Shown one piece after another: positions 10,291 to 21,328 of a DNA stretch of 64,000 nt. The position numbers were made by a program, and so were the translations under genes. The notes under the pieces are model-generated. The model ran no database searches. It saw only the letters and a list, made by a program, of their open reading frames with translations, and was not told the origin of the DNA. Location: assembly GCA_965644495.1 (NCBI GenBank), contig CBFFSA010000007.1, positions 682,001 through 746,000 on the forward strand, given 5' to 3'. Origin of the DNA: Perkinsela sp. CCAP 1560/9. Taxonomy: Eukaryota; Protista; Euglenozoa: Kinetoplastea. Numbering within the stretch: position 1 is the stretch's first letter; each line of letters starts with the position of its first letter.

Positions 10291-11439
10291 CTCCACCCTC
10301 AAAAGATAGAGTGGTTTTTTTGGTCAAGGGGCACCTTATTGCATTACCTAAGGTGCAGGGGCATGGCACACCCCACCTCCCTATCTTAGTGCTGCTGCTG
10401 TGACGTCAGTAGGGCACCTAGGCTCACCTCCGTAGGGCACCGCAAAAGCTATATTTTTGTAGCTGGCTCACGCAGCGAAAAGCACTCTTTTTGGAACCTT
10501 TCGAGGTATTTTTTTCGTGTCTGTGTAGATGACTCGTCATCTTCATGGGCGCCTACGTCCCGCTGATACAGGCTTCGGTACCAGAGAGGGATGAGACCAC
10601 ATCGCTTCGGCGACAAACAGTCCATTTTGAACATTGAACCGGCACCTCCATACTGCAAAGAAATTTTCCATGATACTGGAGGTTTTCTCCGTCTTCCAGT
10701 AAAGACTTCACTTCTCAGAGCCAGAAAAGTTTGCAGCTAACTTTGAAAAACACGCCAAGTAGAAATCGCCATTGGTTTCAATGGGATTCGGTCGGTTCGC
10801 CTCGGTTCGCTTCGGTCCGTCCAGGTGACGTTTTTTTAAGTTTCACCCCTCTAAATCTTCTTGTACATCTAGGCCCCCTGGATCAGTTCCCCTTCGGATC
10901 CCCGCGCACATTGCGGAAAGACCCCCCCCGTTGAAGCACGGCAATCCCCATCCTCAAATTCAGAAATTAACCACGAGGCTTAGGAACCAACTCCTATTTC
11001 AACATCATCATTTCCTCCGCGGACACAAGTGGAGCGAAAGGACGCCGCTGATACTCGTCGTAGGCGTCGAGTAGACGCCTTGGATTTTGCGTCTAGTGCG
11101 GTGCAAATGCATCTAAAGCGGAAGGAACGGGGCGGCAACAAAATGCTACAGAAAGCAAGGATAAAGAAAAACTTCGAAGAGGAACTTTGGGCTAAACTGA
11201 AGCAAAATTCGGTTTTTTCGTTTTTTTCATAAATCTGTTCAAAAATTGTTCAAAAATTGTTGAAAAACTTAAACTGACAACTTTAGGCTTAAAAAGCGGA
11301 CACTGTACATATACGCAAGCGCAATGCTCTTTTAGATTTTCAAGCACGCGCAACAAAGCATCCCCCCCATTACACTTCAAACTTCCGCTTCCCTGCTCTG
11401 CGTAGGCCTGCACCCGATCTTCTCTCCGGGCCCCGAGAC

Positions 11440-12125
11440 AAATATTGTGACGGGCGCCATCTGTTCAAATTCTGGTACGTTCTCCTGCAGATAGTTCTGT
11501 AATTCCGGGGACAAGAGAACCGGAAGTGCGATCTGGTACTACTTGCATTAAAATTTCGGATAACTTGTTGTTTCGAGTCGTCACCGCAACCGTTTGGGCG
11601 ACTTGCGCATCTTCTGCGCGAACGCGCCTCACACCATGACTACCTCGGTGACGTTTCCGAACCGAGAAAAAAGTTTCATCACACTGCATCGAGTGGACAC
11701 TCCCTCTTTATCGGGCGCGTCGACTCACATGACACGTTGCCATGATGGAATCAATCCACTGACGTGGTGATATAATTGTTTTCTCACTGAGCTCCGTCTC
11801 TGCAACAGACACCTCATGTCTATTTCCCCGAACGTAAAGTACAATGTACTTCAGTGTTTGTTTAGCGCTTCGCTGCGCCCTGCCCGGCAACAGTGGACCC
11901 GTCTTCTCATATATCCCTTTGCAAGACTTCGTACACTTCCATTTTTCACCATTGATTTCCATAGTGTGGTCACTCGTGTGATTTCGCTTGCAACATATGA
12001 CCTTTTGTGCCACCAACTCATTATTTTGTAGCGACTCCACGCACTGCTTTTCAGTCCAAGTTGCAATCTTACTTATTGTCAGCTTTCGCCGATAAGCGAA
12101 CCCAACACACCCCGTGCAAGGCATG
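11440..12125 (-). pseudogene. Merlin DDE transposase pseudogene
   Basis: Single frame: Cys-rich N-terminus, HTH-like ETELSEKTII, TAA (11708-11710), MQCDETFFSVRKRHRG, VVPDRTSGSL, RI*TDGARH (TGA at 11465-11467). The region with the third catalytic residue appears deleted. Confidence 0.85.
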
Positions 12126-12142
12126 GAAAGATAGCCCAAGTA

Positions 12143-12774
12143 CTATACCCCCCCTGCTTATGAGTTCCCCGGTTTTGAGAAAAAGGAACTCATAAGCATA
12201 CCAGACCAAAAATCGGGCCCTGAAAATATCGAAAAATCGGGCCCACGGCGCTTCGCGCCGCGAGTTATCCATTAAAATGATACTACACCGTGCAGCCCCA
12301 TGCGGCTTGCCCCCGTTTTTATCCCGCGTCGCGGTTTTCGATAAAAGGGCACATTATCAATATACATGTAAATTATTCACATTATCAATGTAAACTATGT
12401 GATCGGGGAATCCATTGCCAAATACGAAAAGAGAACCCATTTGCGATTGTCAAACGAATAATTTCAAAGATTACATACAGTCCGGGTTTTGTAATATAGG
12501 TGGGGTGCCCTTCTTATTTATCCTATATCAAACTTTTGTTTTTGTTTTTTTCTTGTTTTACTTTTTTCTTTTTCTTTTTTTATTAACGACCGCCCACTTT
12601 ATAGTCGCTTCTTGGGTCTCTTTTTCTGCTGAATGGTAGTTTAGAATTTTATGAAAATTTGTTAAGTGCCAAAAAATAATCGCTTCGCGAAAAGTGGGTA
12701 CCCAACCACTCACCTTAGAAAAGGAACTCATAAGCGTACCAGAATTGGGGGAACTCATAAGCAGGGGGGTATAG
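12143..12774. mobile_element. MITE with TA TSD nested in Merlin (Tc1/mariner/pogo type)
   Basis: TA|CTATACCCCCCCTGCTTATGAGTTCCCC ... GGGGAACTCATAAGCAGGGGGGTATAG|TA, with internal repeats of GGAACTCATAAGC. Confidence 0.9.
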
Positions 12775-12917
12775 TAACTGAAAATGACGAAAAGAATAGC
12801 GAAAAACTCAAGAAAATACGAATACGATCTCTGGAGAAGTATTTTCTACAATCAGAGAATTTGATCGACAAAAATTGAAAAAAAAACCGAATTTTGCTTC
12901 AGTTTCACCGAACTTTG

Positions 12918-13495
12918 CACTGATCGTGCGAACTGCACTTTATACGGCAGAAAGCACGCCGATGAACCAAAGGCACTTCGTGACAATATGCAGCAGCTGT
13001 TTCACCTAAAGTGCCGACATTGCGGCAATTTGTCACTCCTATGGCGAGAGTTATTACAACTCTCATCTAAACCATACGTGCCCCGGCCTTCAAAAGTCCG
13101 AGCCAAAAAAAACAATGCCTGAACAGGGCTCGGCTAGAACCATCCAAGAATACTGGAGTCATGTGTTTCCTTCCGTCATCGCAACAACAAACATTCCCTT
13201 ATCAAGGGCTCTCCGCACACAACAAACTCTGATGAAATTATTACCCAACGGTACGCGTAAGGAAGATATAGTTCTCGGCATGACAAGGACCGTGCATGAG
13301 CTGGCTCACCTTTCAACGATTGCGAAGCACATATGGGAGCAAGTCCACGCCAGCATTGATATGTATCACTTGTTCGGGAAGTTCACATGTATAATATTTA
13401 TAGGTGGAAGCACAAGTAGGTGCACTTACCCAGATGGAAAACGCGGCAATCGTTGCAAGCACCAGTTCTTCATTCGTATGACGCAATGGGAGTGA
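12918..13495 (+). pseudogene. Degenerate SWIM-zinc-finger-containing relic (possibly MULE-like), interrupted by Merlin
   Basis: RCTYPDGKRGNRCKHQFFI resembles SWIM CxCxD..CKH. Removing Merlin plus one TSD rejoins ORF 11029 in frame with 12918-13121 (..EEELCTDRANC..FHLKCRHC..). Confidence 0.45.
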
Positions 13496-13823
13496 ACGAA
13501 AATGATGAAAGTTTGTAAAAAGCGACGCTTTCGGCGTCTGACCTTCGGCGTTTACGATAAACAGTCAAGTTGAAAAGACACTGTAACATGAAGCTGGGGT
13601 GAAGAAATAAAAAATACAAAAACATCAAATAAAAATTGGATACCATCGAGCCAAACTTTAAGTACATTTGCAACAAGAATCCCTTTCAAACCGTCAAGCC
13701 GGACATAGGATGTCAAGGTTCCTTCCACATAGGGGGTTCCTTCTGCGTTGGTATCTACAGACTGATACCGTGGATAGGAACATCAGTATATAAAGCCCAA
13801 TCAGTTAGCACACAAATATACTA

Positions 13824-14186
13824 AAGGGAGGGTTCGTCTATTATTAACAGTTTTGTTTTGTTAATAATAGACGGTCTTTTAATAATAGATGAAATAATAC
13901 CTCCTTTTTCGAATACTAGATGAACATTTTTATCTATTATTAACAGTCGACCTTTTAGGCTTGTTATAGGCTCGTTTTCTACCCTTATCCCCACGAATAA
14001 GTTATTCGTTGGGTTACGTTTACGAAAAAAGCCCCATGAAAGTTGGTTTTAGCGATTTTGACTTTAGGGAAGCTGCGAAAAATGAAGGAAATTAATTCTT
14101 GTTAGTAATAGATGAATGTTAATAATAGATGAAATAATACTATTGTTAATAATACATGGTTGCTACTAATAGACGAACCTCCCCTT
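13824..14186. mobile_element. MITE with TA TSD
   Basis: TA|AAGGGAGGGTTCGTCTATTA ... TAATAGACGAACCTCCCCTT|TA, with many internal TTAATAATAGA(T/C)G repeats. Confidence 0.85.
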
Positions 14187-14259
14187 TAATTTCTTTTATA
14201 AATGTCTTTTATGAGCACAATTTAAGTTTACGAAGTCGCGTAAGCTTAATTTTGAGGTA

Positions 14260-14438
14260 CTGTTCCCCCCCGTTTAAGCGCACCTTGATTTCCGTGAAAA
14301 GTGCGCTTAAACGGGGGGAGTCTGAATCAGTACGTAACAAAAATTTGGCACCGCTTCGCGGCGCCGGAGTCCGCACCTCAACTCTATGTGCGCTTAAACG
14401 GGGGGTCTGACCGGGTGCGCTTAGGGGGGGGGGGACAG
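14260..14438. mobile_element. Short MITE with TA TSD
   Basis: TA|CTGTTCCCCCCCGTTTAAGCGCACC ... GGTGCGCTTAGGGGGGGGGGGACAG|TA, with internal GTGCGCTTAAACGGGGGG twice. Confidence 0.8.
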
Positions 14439-14808
14439 TATTACATTTTATCCCCACTCTAAGTGGGGGTAGCCCCAATCATCCCTTTGCAATTTTTTTT
14501 AATACCAGCAAATTGTCAGTGGCAGTTTTGTAGCAGATACAGTATGTTTGAAATTTATTCCGAATGTAAGTTTACGGTATGGGATATAGGGTAGAGGGAA
14601 GATAATGAGGGGTAAAGGAGATCAAGTCTCGCCCGTCTAAACGTGAGCTCTCGATCCTTGGAGGACGAATGAGATCTTCACAGAGGATAAATCTCCGAGA
14701 TTATTAGCATTTAAAAAAATTTGGATGAATCACACTCGTTGCAAAGCGAACGATAAAATGCATTTCTGTCTACTAGAAAAAACGAAGTTTCTACAGGAAA
14801 GCCTCTAG

Positions 14809-15237
14809 CTAGTCACTTATTAGATTACACGTATAAGGCACGGGTGTTTTATTTAGCCATTCGTATTGCGTAATAGGAATCAGACCCATCCACATGCATT
14901 TGAGAACAACAACGGAAAGTGCGATAAGATTGAACAATGCAAAATTCCATTTCGCTGCACGAACAGCTGGTTGAAGCTCTGCATCGTGCTCATACGTGTT
15001 GAAATGACTGGCCAAAGACATAATAGCTTTAATGGGCTGCAATATGGACATAACAGTTACAACAATGCTAAAAAGGTGAATTTCATTCCCGATCATCCAT
15101 AACATGAAGAGAGTCATCGGGATGCTTCGCAAAGGAGCACGACCGAGAGATCTAATGCGGTTTTCTTTTACATGCCAGTCTGTATTAAGCGTCGGTGAGT
15201 CACGTTTCAAACATGTTTCCGAACCGCTCGATTTCAT
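14809..15237 (-). CDS. EMC4: ER membrane protein complex subunit 4 (DUF1077)
   Basis: APLRSIPMTLFMLWMIGNEIHLFSI...QPIKAI...KCMWMGLIP...EWL. Confidence 0.9.
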   Translation of the reverse strand: MKSSGSETCLKRDSPTLNTDWHVKENRIRSLGRAPLRSIPMTLFMLWMIGNEIHLFSIVVTVMSILQPIKAIMSLASHFNTYEHDAELQPAVRAAKWNFALFNLIALSVVVLKCMWMGLIPITQYEWLNKTPVPYTCNLISD

Positions 15238-15491
15238 GTTTTACAATACGAAATGTCTTAATGCATTCAAACCGCCCCCTGTTTGACTAAAGTAAATAAC
15301 CGTTAATGCACCTAGTATAACAACATACCTAGTATACTCAGTAGAGATGTGTGTTGTATATCGCTTTAGAACGTATTACCACATCTTTTACGAAAGGAGT
15401 GCGGGAAGTCTCAATTCAAAGAGAGACAAAATATTGAGTCAATTTATCTTAATCAGTTGACTGTACATCATTGTTTTTATGTTCGTGTGAG

Positions 15492-16226
15492 TCACTCGAA
15501 AAGGTCTTCAATGGAAGAAAATAAGACGGTTGGCCCTTCAATTGGATCAGAGTCTTGATCATTCGGACCGGAGTCTTGGTGAATTGGTGCTACATCCACC
15601 AAAACACACGATGGAACTTCATCAGTCGAAAGCTGAATTTTCGTCATGCGCATATCAAAGGATATCAGAGATTTAGGTAGAGAAGTAGTTTGCAGAATGC
15701 CAGAAAACAAGTTGCTATCTATTCGAATGTAGCGAATTCCGGAAGGCAGTCTGCTAGTGTCCACAGTACCCTGAAAATAATTGTCTGAAATATTGAAGTA
15801 TATTAATGCTGAAGGGAGTAAAGTAAAATCGATAAATCCCGTGAATCGAGAGTACATGACGCTGAAGTCTTCGAGACATGAAGGCAATAAAGTTACGTCG
15901 ATAGAACCGTGAAGATGATTTCTGTCGTGATATCCGCTGACGTCAACCGAAACAACTGTTCGTGGCGTATGAGTCCATTTCATGATCCCATAGAGATCCC
16001 TTCCCAAGCGTGTAGAACTCCATAAAAGTTTTGAAACTTGACCACTCTCATCGCACTCCACACCTTCCCAAGCGCATGCCGAAGTTTGCTCAGTCCAGGA
16101 TGGAAATGTGTGAACTCGATTTTCTATTTCTTCAGTGAGACGCAATAACTCATACTCTTGAGGAAGCAATGCGCCATGAATCTTCCTTGCCTCATGATCC
16201 ATGTCGGAGAAAGAAGCGCGATACAT
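15492..16226 (-). CDS. Leucine-rich repeat protein with LRRNT cap
   Basis: ACAWEGVECD cap and repeats of LPxxLxxxxIxxNxFxGxxDxxx. Confidence 0.9.
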   Translation of the reverse strand: MYRASFSDMDHEARKIHGALLPQEYELLRLTEEIENRVHTFPSWTEQTSACAWEGVECDESGQVSKLLWSSTRLGRDLYGIMKWTHTPRTVVSVDVSGYHDRNHLHGSIDVTLLPSCLEDFSVMYSRFTGFIDFTLLPSALIYFNISDNYFQGTVDTSRLPSGIRYIRIDSNLFSGILQTTSLPKSLISFDMRMTKIQLSTDEVPSCVLVDVAPIHQDSGPNDQDSDPIEGPTVLFSSIEDLFE

Positions 16227-16525
16227 CGTAAAAAGGAACTAGAAAATGCCTCGATAAGGAAACTTAGCAACATGTGTAAGCAAGATTTTGGCACCACCGT
16301 AGACCGCACGACTGACACATCACATACATAACATCACATACTAAAGCTGATTGAGCGAATGTGCTCTACATATTGTATTAGAGATTGTGAAAGTAAGGTG
16401 GGGATGGCACCATACTTACTGTATTGGATTTGACGCATTCTTCTCGAAAACAAAAATGTGGAGAATTTTTGAATTCAGCTTTACTCTAAAGATTCTGAAA
16501 CTATTTTCAATAATACATCACTCCG

Positions 16526-17302
16526 TCAGTTCAGTTCTTGTGAGATTTCGCTCACGCACTTCTCAGCCACATCGGTAATGTGTTGAAAACGAACCGGGCC
16601 CAAAAGTATACCTCCGAACCATCGTGTAACTGAAACAAAATGAGAGATACAGCGATTTTTACGTAACACAGCCAATATCTTACCCCCAGCAAGTCGTTCT
16701 CCGTCGTCCACAGCACCTTCTTTTACGTGCATTGTAGAGTGGAAATCCGTGGATTCGCATTCTTTCCCGGCGCTCATACTTGAAGCAAGTTTGAAATCCA
16801 AGGGTGTCTGATTTTTTCTTTTTTTATTTAGCGACGTGGGCTCATTTGATCTTGAATTGATATTGGAGGCACACTTCATATGCACATTCTTGCTTGAAAA
16901 AAGGCCTATATCCGTCGAATATCGATACGCGTGTATGGATGGATGAGCAGCCTCAACGACATCAGGGAATCGAATCTTGATAAGCTCAAGTGTATCCACC
17001 ACGTCTTGTAGCGAGCGTATTCCTACAGCAACGTGACCAACAAACCGCGAGCCTCTGTCTTGTATTTCACGAGTTCCCCGAATCAAGCGTATCTGACGTG
17101 ATGACAAACGGGACGCAATCACGGTTTTTCTATCTTTTCTGAATAAGGATAACATGGGCGACATCGTTGTTGAGCGATGTCCATTTTCACTGATGTTTTC
17201 TTCGTCATCAACGTCTATGCTCTTCTGGTATAAACATTTGAAACCGTAGGTCGAGAGAGAACCACTTTTTTGAAAGGAATCATGGTTGTTTAGTGACTTC
17301 AT
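16526..17302 (-). CDS. IMPACT/YigZ (UPF0029) family protein
   Basis: DRGSRFVGH, AAHPSIHAYR, DDGERLAGGKIL, VTRWFGGILLGPVRFQHI. Confidence 0.9.
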   Translation of the reverse strand: MKSLNNHDSFQKSGSLSTYGFKCLYQKSIDVDDEENISENGHRSTTMSPMLSLFRKDRKTVIASRLSSRQIRLIRGTREIQDRGSRFVGHVAVGIRSLQDVVDTLELIKIRFPDVVEAAHPSIHAYRYSTDIGLFSSKNVHMKCASNINSRSNEPTSLNKKRKNQTPLDFKLASSMSAGKECESTDFHSTMHVKEGAVDDGERLAGGKILAVLRKNRCISHFVSVTRWFGGILLGPVRFQHITDVAEKCVSEISQELN

Positions 17303-17473
17303 ACAAATAAAGAGGGATAAACATTTATCACTTCCATGACTACTGCCTTCTATTGTTAGTGTTTTTCAGAAAATCCAGAACGGAAAAAAAACTCTGTTGT
17401 TCTGTCCTTGTATATTTTTCTGTCCTTGAATACATAGTTTTGTTAACTTGTTCGAACATGTTCAATTACGCAT

Positions 17474-18661
17474 TCATCTGGCGACCTCAATCTGAATGGA
17501 GGGAATCTTTTTCTTCCACAATCCCTCCGTAGCTTGTGAAAATTCTAAGGCTGCCTCATCCGACATCATTGCGGGATGCTGAAAGATTCGAGGTATTTCT
17601 TTGCAATCAGCATAGAATTCGCCCGATGTAAGTTGCTTAGAGTATATACAATGCAGGATACTATGTGATCCCTGTTGTGAAGTCTGAAACACTAAAGGGA
17701 GAAATGTTCGCGAAATAAAGTTATAAAAGGAACGAGGCAAAATGCGGTCGTAAAGATTCGACATCACAGCGCCCGGATGAACGGAAACGGAGGTAATACC
17801 CACCGCGCTGTGCTCTAAGTGCAATGCTCGAGCATCCAGAGCATTCGCAAGCTTGGATACACCATAGCACGAGACACCTGCGAAGCGCCCCTCCACCGGA
17901 TAGAGGTACTCCAGAGCGTTGATCTCCCTGGGGGCGGTCAGAAAACTCGCAATACTGGACACGCAGACCACCCGCGCGTGACTTCGTTTAAGTTCGCCCA
18001 TAAGCAGTCGGGTGAGAAGATAATGGCCAAGATAGTTCGTCCCATAATGAGCCTCAAATCCATCCGCTGTACATTGAGTTCCTTCAAGATAAAACACACC
18101 TGCATTGTTTATGAGGTAATCTAACGACGTTTGGTAGGATTGAAAAAGGTTTGCACAGTTTATTATGGAAGTAGAATCCGAAAGGTCCAAAGGAAGAATC
18201 GTCACTAATGCCTTCGTGTTTTCTTTGCGGATTTCAAGGGCTGTGAGTTTCCCTTTCTGAACATTCCGACATGTCAAAAAAACATGACAATCATGAGCGC
18301 AGAGATCTTTGACCACTTCACGCCCGATGCCGGAGTTTCCACCAGTGACCAGCGCGACCTTGCCCTGCAACGAGTGCCGACAGGTGCAGGATACCCCGCG
18401 TGCGATCCAACGGCAAAACGCGTATGATGCAATCAGGAGTGATCCCCAGGCAAGGGGTGTTGATGGTACCAAGCACTTGTATAGCACAGTAGGGACGAGT
18501 ACGCATGCCAATGCCGCTTTTCCTAGCGTGAAATACACAATCCGAGGAGTAAGCCGAAGGTTTATCATCTTTAACTCTAAGATGGTAAGGACTGTTAAAG
18601 TGTTGGAATGTATTTGATATGCGAAAATAATAGAATATCCCACATTCCTCAATACAGACAT
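17474..18661 (-). CDS. Short-chain dehydrogenase/reductase (retinol dehydrogenase/WWOX-like)
   Basis: TGGNSGIG, LINNAG, TNYLGHYLLT, YGVSK (YxxxK), VHPG, plus N-terminal TM segments. True start uncertain. Confidence 0.93.
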   Translation of the reverse strand: MSVLRNVGYSIIFAYQIHSNTLTVLTILELKMINLRLTPRIVYFTLGKAALACVLVPTVLYKCLVPSTPLAWGSLLIASYAFCRWIARGVSCTCRHSLQGKVALVTGGNSGIGREVVKDLCAHDCHVFLTCRNVQKGKLTALEIRKENTKALVTILPLDLSDSTSIINCANLFQSYQTSLDYLINNAGVFYLEGTQCTADGFEAHYGTNYLGHYLLTRLLMGELKRSHARVVCVSSIASFLTAPREINALEYLYPVEGRFAGVSCYGVSKLANALDARALHLEHSAVGITSVSVHPGAVMSNLYDRILPRSFYNFISRTFLPLVFQTSQQGSHSILHCIYSKQLTSGEFYADCKEIPRIFQHPAMMSDEAALEFSQATEGLWKKKIPSIQIEVAR

Positions 18662-18783
18662 GTTTCTTTTTTCAACATGGTTTCAATATGGTTTCGGGGT
18701 TCTTATTTATGTCAGTACTAAAGGTTGACAGTGATCTGTTGACGTTCAAGAAACAGAAAAAGAGAGAACAGACCTATCGATAT

Positions 18784-20073
18784 TCAGTGACCTCTCTTTC
18801 GCGCCCTCCAATGTGCCGACTTTGCGGACCACATATTACTGGGTGTTAGTCCGATCGCCGGGGCAACACGGCGACTGCGCTCACAGGCTCCAAGCTGATG
18901 AACATCCGAGAAATGTACACTTTCTGGGTCCGCAGTAGAGAACACTGGACGATATATTCGCCCAAGCGCATCGTAGATGGCTCGAAAAACAAGGCCTGTA
19001 GGGGAGGAAGAAGTGCCCATTGATAGAGTAGTGTCTTTACTGTCAACCGTATCCTCCAGTGCATGATCGGGAATACAAGATACGTGCGAGATAGAAGAGA
19101 GAACCCCGTACCCTTTCGGTGACGTATGTGAAATCGCAGCGTAAAATGGACCCAAATCAAGTGGCACATCTCGCGCTGGGAGGCGAACCTGCGTTAGTTT
19201 TCGTTTTAAGAAAAGGTTTAGATTTTTGAAAGGAGATAACGTGGCGCCGAGTCGTTCTAAATACGAAAGTTGCGGATACAACAGGAATAAGCCAATGAGC
19301 TGTGAACCCAAAGTATCAGTATCATTCTCTTCCGGGCTTCTCGGTAGAAAAATACTTTTATCAAGGGAAAAAACCCTCTCCCATGACTTCAGATGCTCAT
19401 AAAGCAAAAAATAATTTCTTAGGTTAACATGCGCTACTAGATTTTCAGAAAGTGTACGCAAATTCATGGTTTCTTCGGGTTCCATTTGACGTTCGTCAAC
19501 GATTTTAATTAAAGGCTTCACAAGTTTCTGAACAATGGATACTGTAAGGTTCGCCAAGTTTGCAAAAGAATTGCTAGAGACCGATTTTCGAGCACTTTCA
19601 AGTCGCACATGCGGTCGAAATAGATAATGGAGTATGGAAATAGGCCCATGAAGAGAATAGGTCGCACGTCCTATAAAATTGTGAGAAAGAACGCCTTTCC
19701 CTGCTTCGTTCAGATATATCTGATCCTGGCTAATAATGCCATATTTCAAAGATTTCATTAATGAAATTGGTCCACGTAAAGCAGAAGGGATGGTCGTGAC
19801 GGTTGATGAAGGTCGATCGACAAGATGCACTCTGCAAATCCTAGTTGACCCGGATCCAACAGGAGAAACACTTGTTATACTTGCATGAGGAGAATTTGAA
19901 ATCAATTCGAAATTCCTATATTGCAGCGCGGCACGAATGGACCAACAAGTTGGTGAATCATCATCATTTGCAAAGACAAGTTTCCCATGTCGGCCGTTTT
20001 TTTCCCATAATTCACTCTTTGATGATATTAGTCTCTTACTACGGGACTGAATGACGGAACTGATTCGTAGCAT
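18784..20073 (-). CDS. Hypothetical protein, probably mitochondrial, weak GST-like N-terminal motif
   Basis: 429-aa ORF in the cluster orientation. MLRISSVIQSR is presequence-like and SPTCWSIRAALQY is GST-N-like. Confidence 0.6.
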   Translation of the reverse strand: MLRISSVIQSRSKRLISSKSELWEKNGRHGKLVFANDDDSPTCWSIRAALQYRNFELISNSPHASITSVSPVGSGSTRICRVHLVDRPSSTVTTIPSALRGPISLMKSLKYGIISQDQIYLNEAGKGVLSHNFIGRATYSLHGPISILHYLFRPHVRLESARKSVSSNSFANLANLTVSIVQKLVKPLIKIVDERQMEPEETMNLRTLSENLVAHVNLRNYFLLYEHLKSWERVFSLDKSIFLPRSPEENDTDTLGSQLIGLFLLYPQLSYLERLGATLSPFKNLNLFLKRKLTQVRLPARDVPLDLGPFYAAISHTSPKGYGVLSSISHVSCIPDHALEDTVDSKDTTLSMGTSSSPTGLVFRAIYDALGRIYRPVFSTADPESVHFSDVHQLGACERSRRVAPAIGLTPSNMWSAKSAHWRARKRGH

Positions 20074-20356
20074 TTACCACACGTTACCACACATTAAGTT
20101 CAATTACCAAAATATAACGCGTAGGGGTGGAATACATGTAATACGGTATTATACGCGTGCTGTAATACGCGTATAATTATTGTAATTTAATTTATTGTAA
20201 TTTAATACGCTGGTGAAGTGGATCATTCCGGGACACACGTACAGGACTCTAAAATGTGTAGATACAATACATGTACAAGGAATACATGCACCTTGGCGCG
20301 CCGAAGCACGATAGATATCATGATAGAATCCCCAGTTAGAGCGATGCTACTACACG

Positions 20357-21328
20357 CTAAGTCGACTCGTGAAGCCTTTTATTCGCTTCGAGCAGCTTTT
20401 TCGCAATATCCGGAAAATCTGTAATGAAGATATCAGTTAGCTCACGAAAAGTAAGCGAAATACGACGCGAGGAAATGTTGCTTGTCGCAATAGCATGTTT
20501 CCAATAGTATCGGCTTGGACCTGAAAGAACGTATACGGCTCGTCTGGGAACCGTAATGCGAGCTACGTAAGAATCACGGACTTCCCTCTTACGCACTTGA
20601 TTGACCCAAGATTCAGACTCTGCATGAGTCAAAGACGAGTCCGAAGTATTTAGATTTTCGTGTTCCATCGTAAAAATGAGCTCCGTACCCGACAAAAGGT
20701 TGAATCCGACAATCCGTGGACCCCATGCCCACGTATCGTCCAGGTGTGGATCAATATGAGAGCCTCGAACGGGAGAATACTCTAGTGCTACCATCTCTGC
20801 TGCGCGAAAACCATGCATAACATCCTTCACTGTACCATATGGCATACCAGAGGTCTCCGTAGCAGTTCCTGAATGCTTGAAGTTAAACTCATAATTATCC
20901 GGTTGAACAACCTCAGTACAACTCGACAAACGTCGCAAAGCGTCACCCACGATACCTGGAATAGGTTCAAAGTCAGTGTCTAGCTTTGCTCTCCGACGCA
21001 AAAAGTTAATTTTCGGTCCAAAATCTTGTTTCCGGCGTCCGCTTTGTGATGGAGTCCAATTCCGCACTTTTGAAGCGTTTGTAATGGATTCATCCTTTGA
21101 GCAAGCAGATGATATGCATGGTTGAAATAGAGTGTCTTCATTGTCAAGGAATTGTACTAACGATTTTTCTTCAGATAAAGTGAGAAAATCAGGCAGAAGA
21201 ATTAATCCGGGAACATCAACTGCATTGGTGGTATCAATTCTAGTTGGTTCATAAAGAGGACGCTTGTTACAAAGCTTACAAGACCGTATTCTTGTGCAAC
21301 AACATGCCTCGACTCGGGATGTTTCCAT
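20357..21328 (-). CDS. ALKBH4: AlkB-family 2OG-Fe(II) dioxygenase, ALKBH4-like
   Basis: CCCTRIRSCKLC, SQSGRRKQDFGPKINF, EYSPVRGSHIDPHLDDTWAWG (HxD), RYYWKHAI, RRISLTFRE. Confidence 0.92.
   Translation of the reverse strand: METSRVEACCCTRIRSCKLCNKRPLYEPTRIDTTNAVDVPGLILLPDFLTLSEEKSLVQFLDNEDTLFQPCISSACSKDESITNASKVRNWTPSQSGRRKQDFGPKINFLRRRAKLDTDFEPIPGIVGDALRRLSSCTEVVQPDNYEFNFKHSGTATETSGMPYGTVKDVMHGFRAAEMVALEYSPVRGSHIDPHLDDTWAWGPRIVGFNLLSGTELIFTMEHENLNTSDSSLTHAESESWVNQVRKREVRDSYVARITVPRRAVYVLSGPSRYYWKHAIATSNISSRRISLTFRELTDIFITDFPDIAKKLLEANKRLHEST

Larger units (their letters stand above)
11190..12909 (-). mobile_element. Merlin (IS1595/IS1016-like) DNA transposon with TIRs and 8-bp TSD
   Basis: TIRs GGCTAAACTGAAGCAAAATTCGGTTTTTT (from 11190) and AAAAAACCGAATTTTGCTTCAGTTTCACC (to 12909). 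TSD GAACTTTG at 11182-11189 and 12910-12917. A transposase relic lies inside. Confidence 0.92.

Noticed and set aside
13824-14186. CRISPR-like array (repeated TTAATAATAGA; also the 19-bp repeat at 51563)
   Set aside because: Repeats are irregular or lack spacers, the first set lies within a TIR-bounded MITE, there are no cas genes, and the context is eukaryotic.
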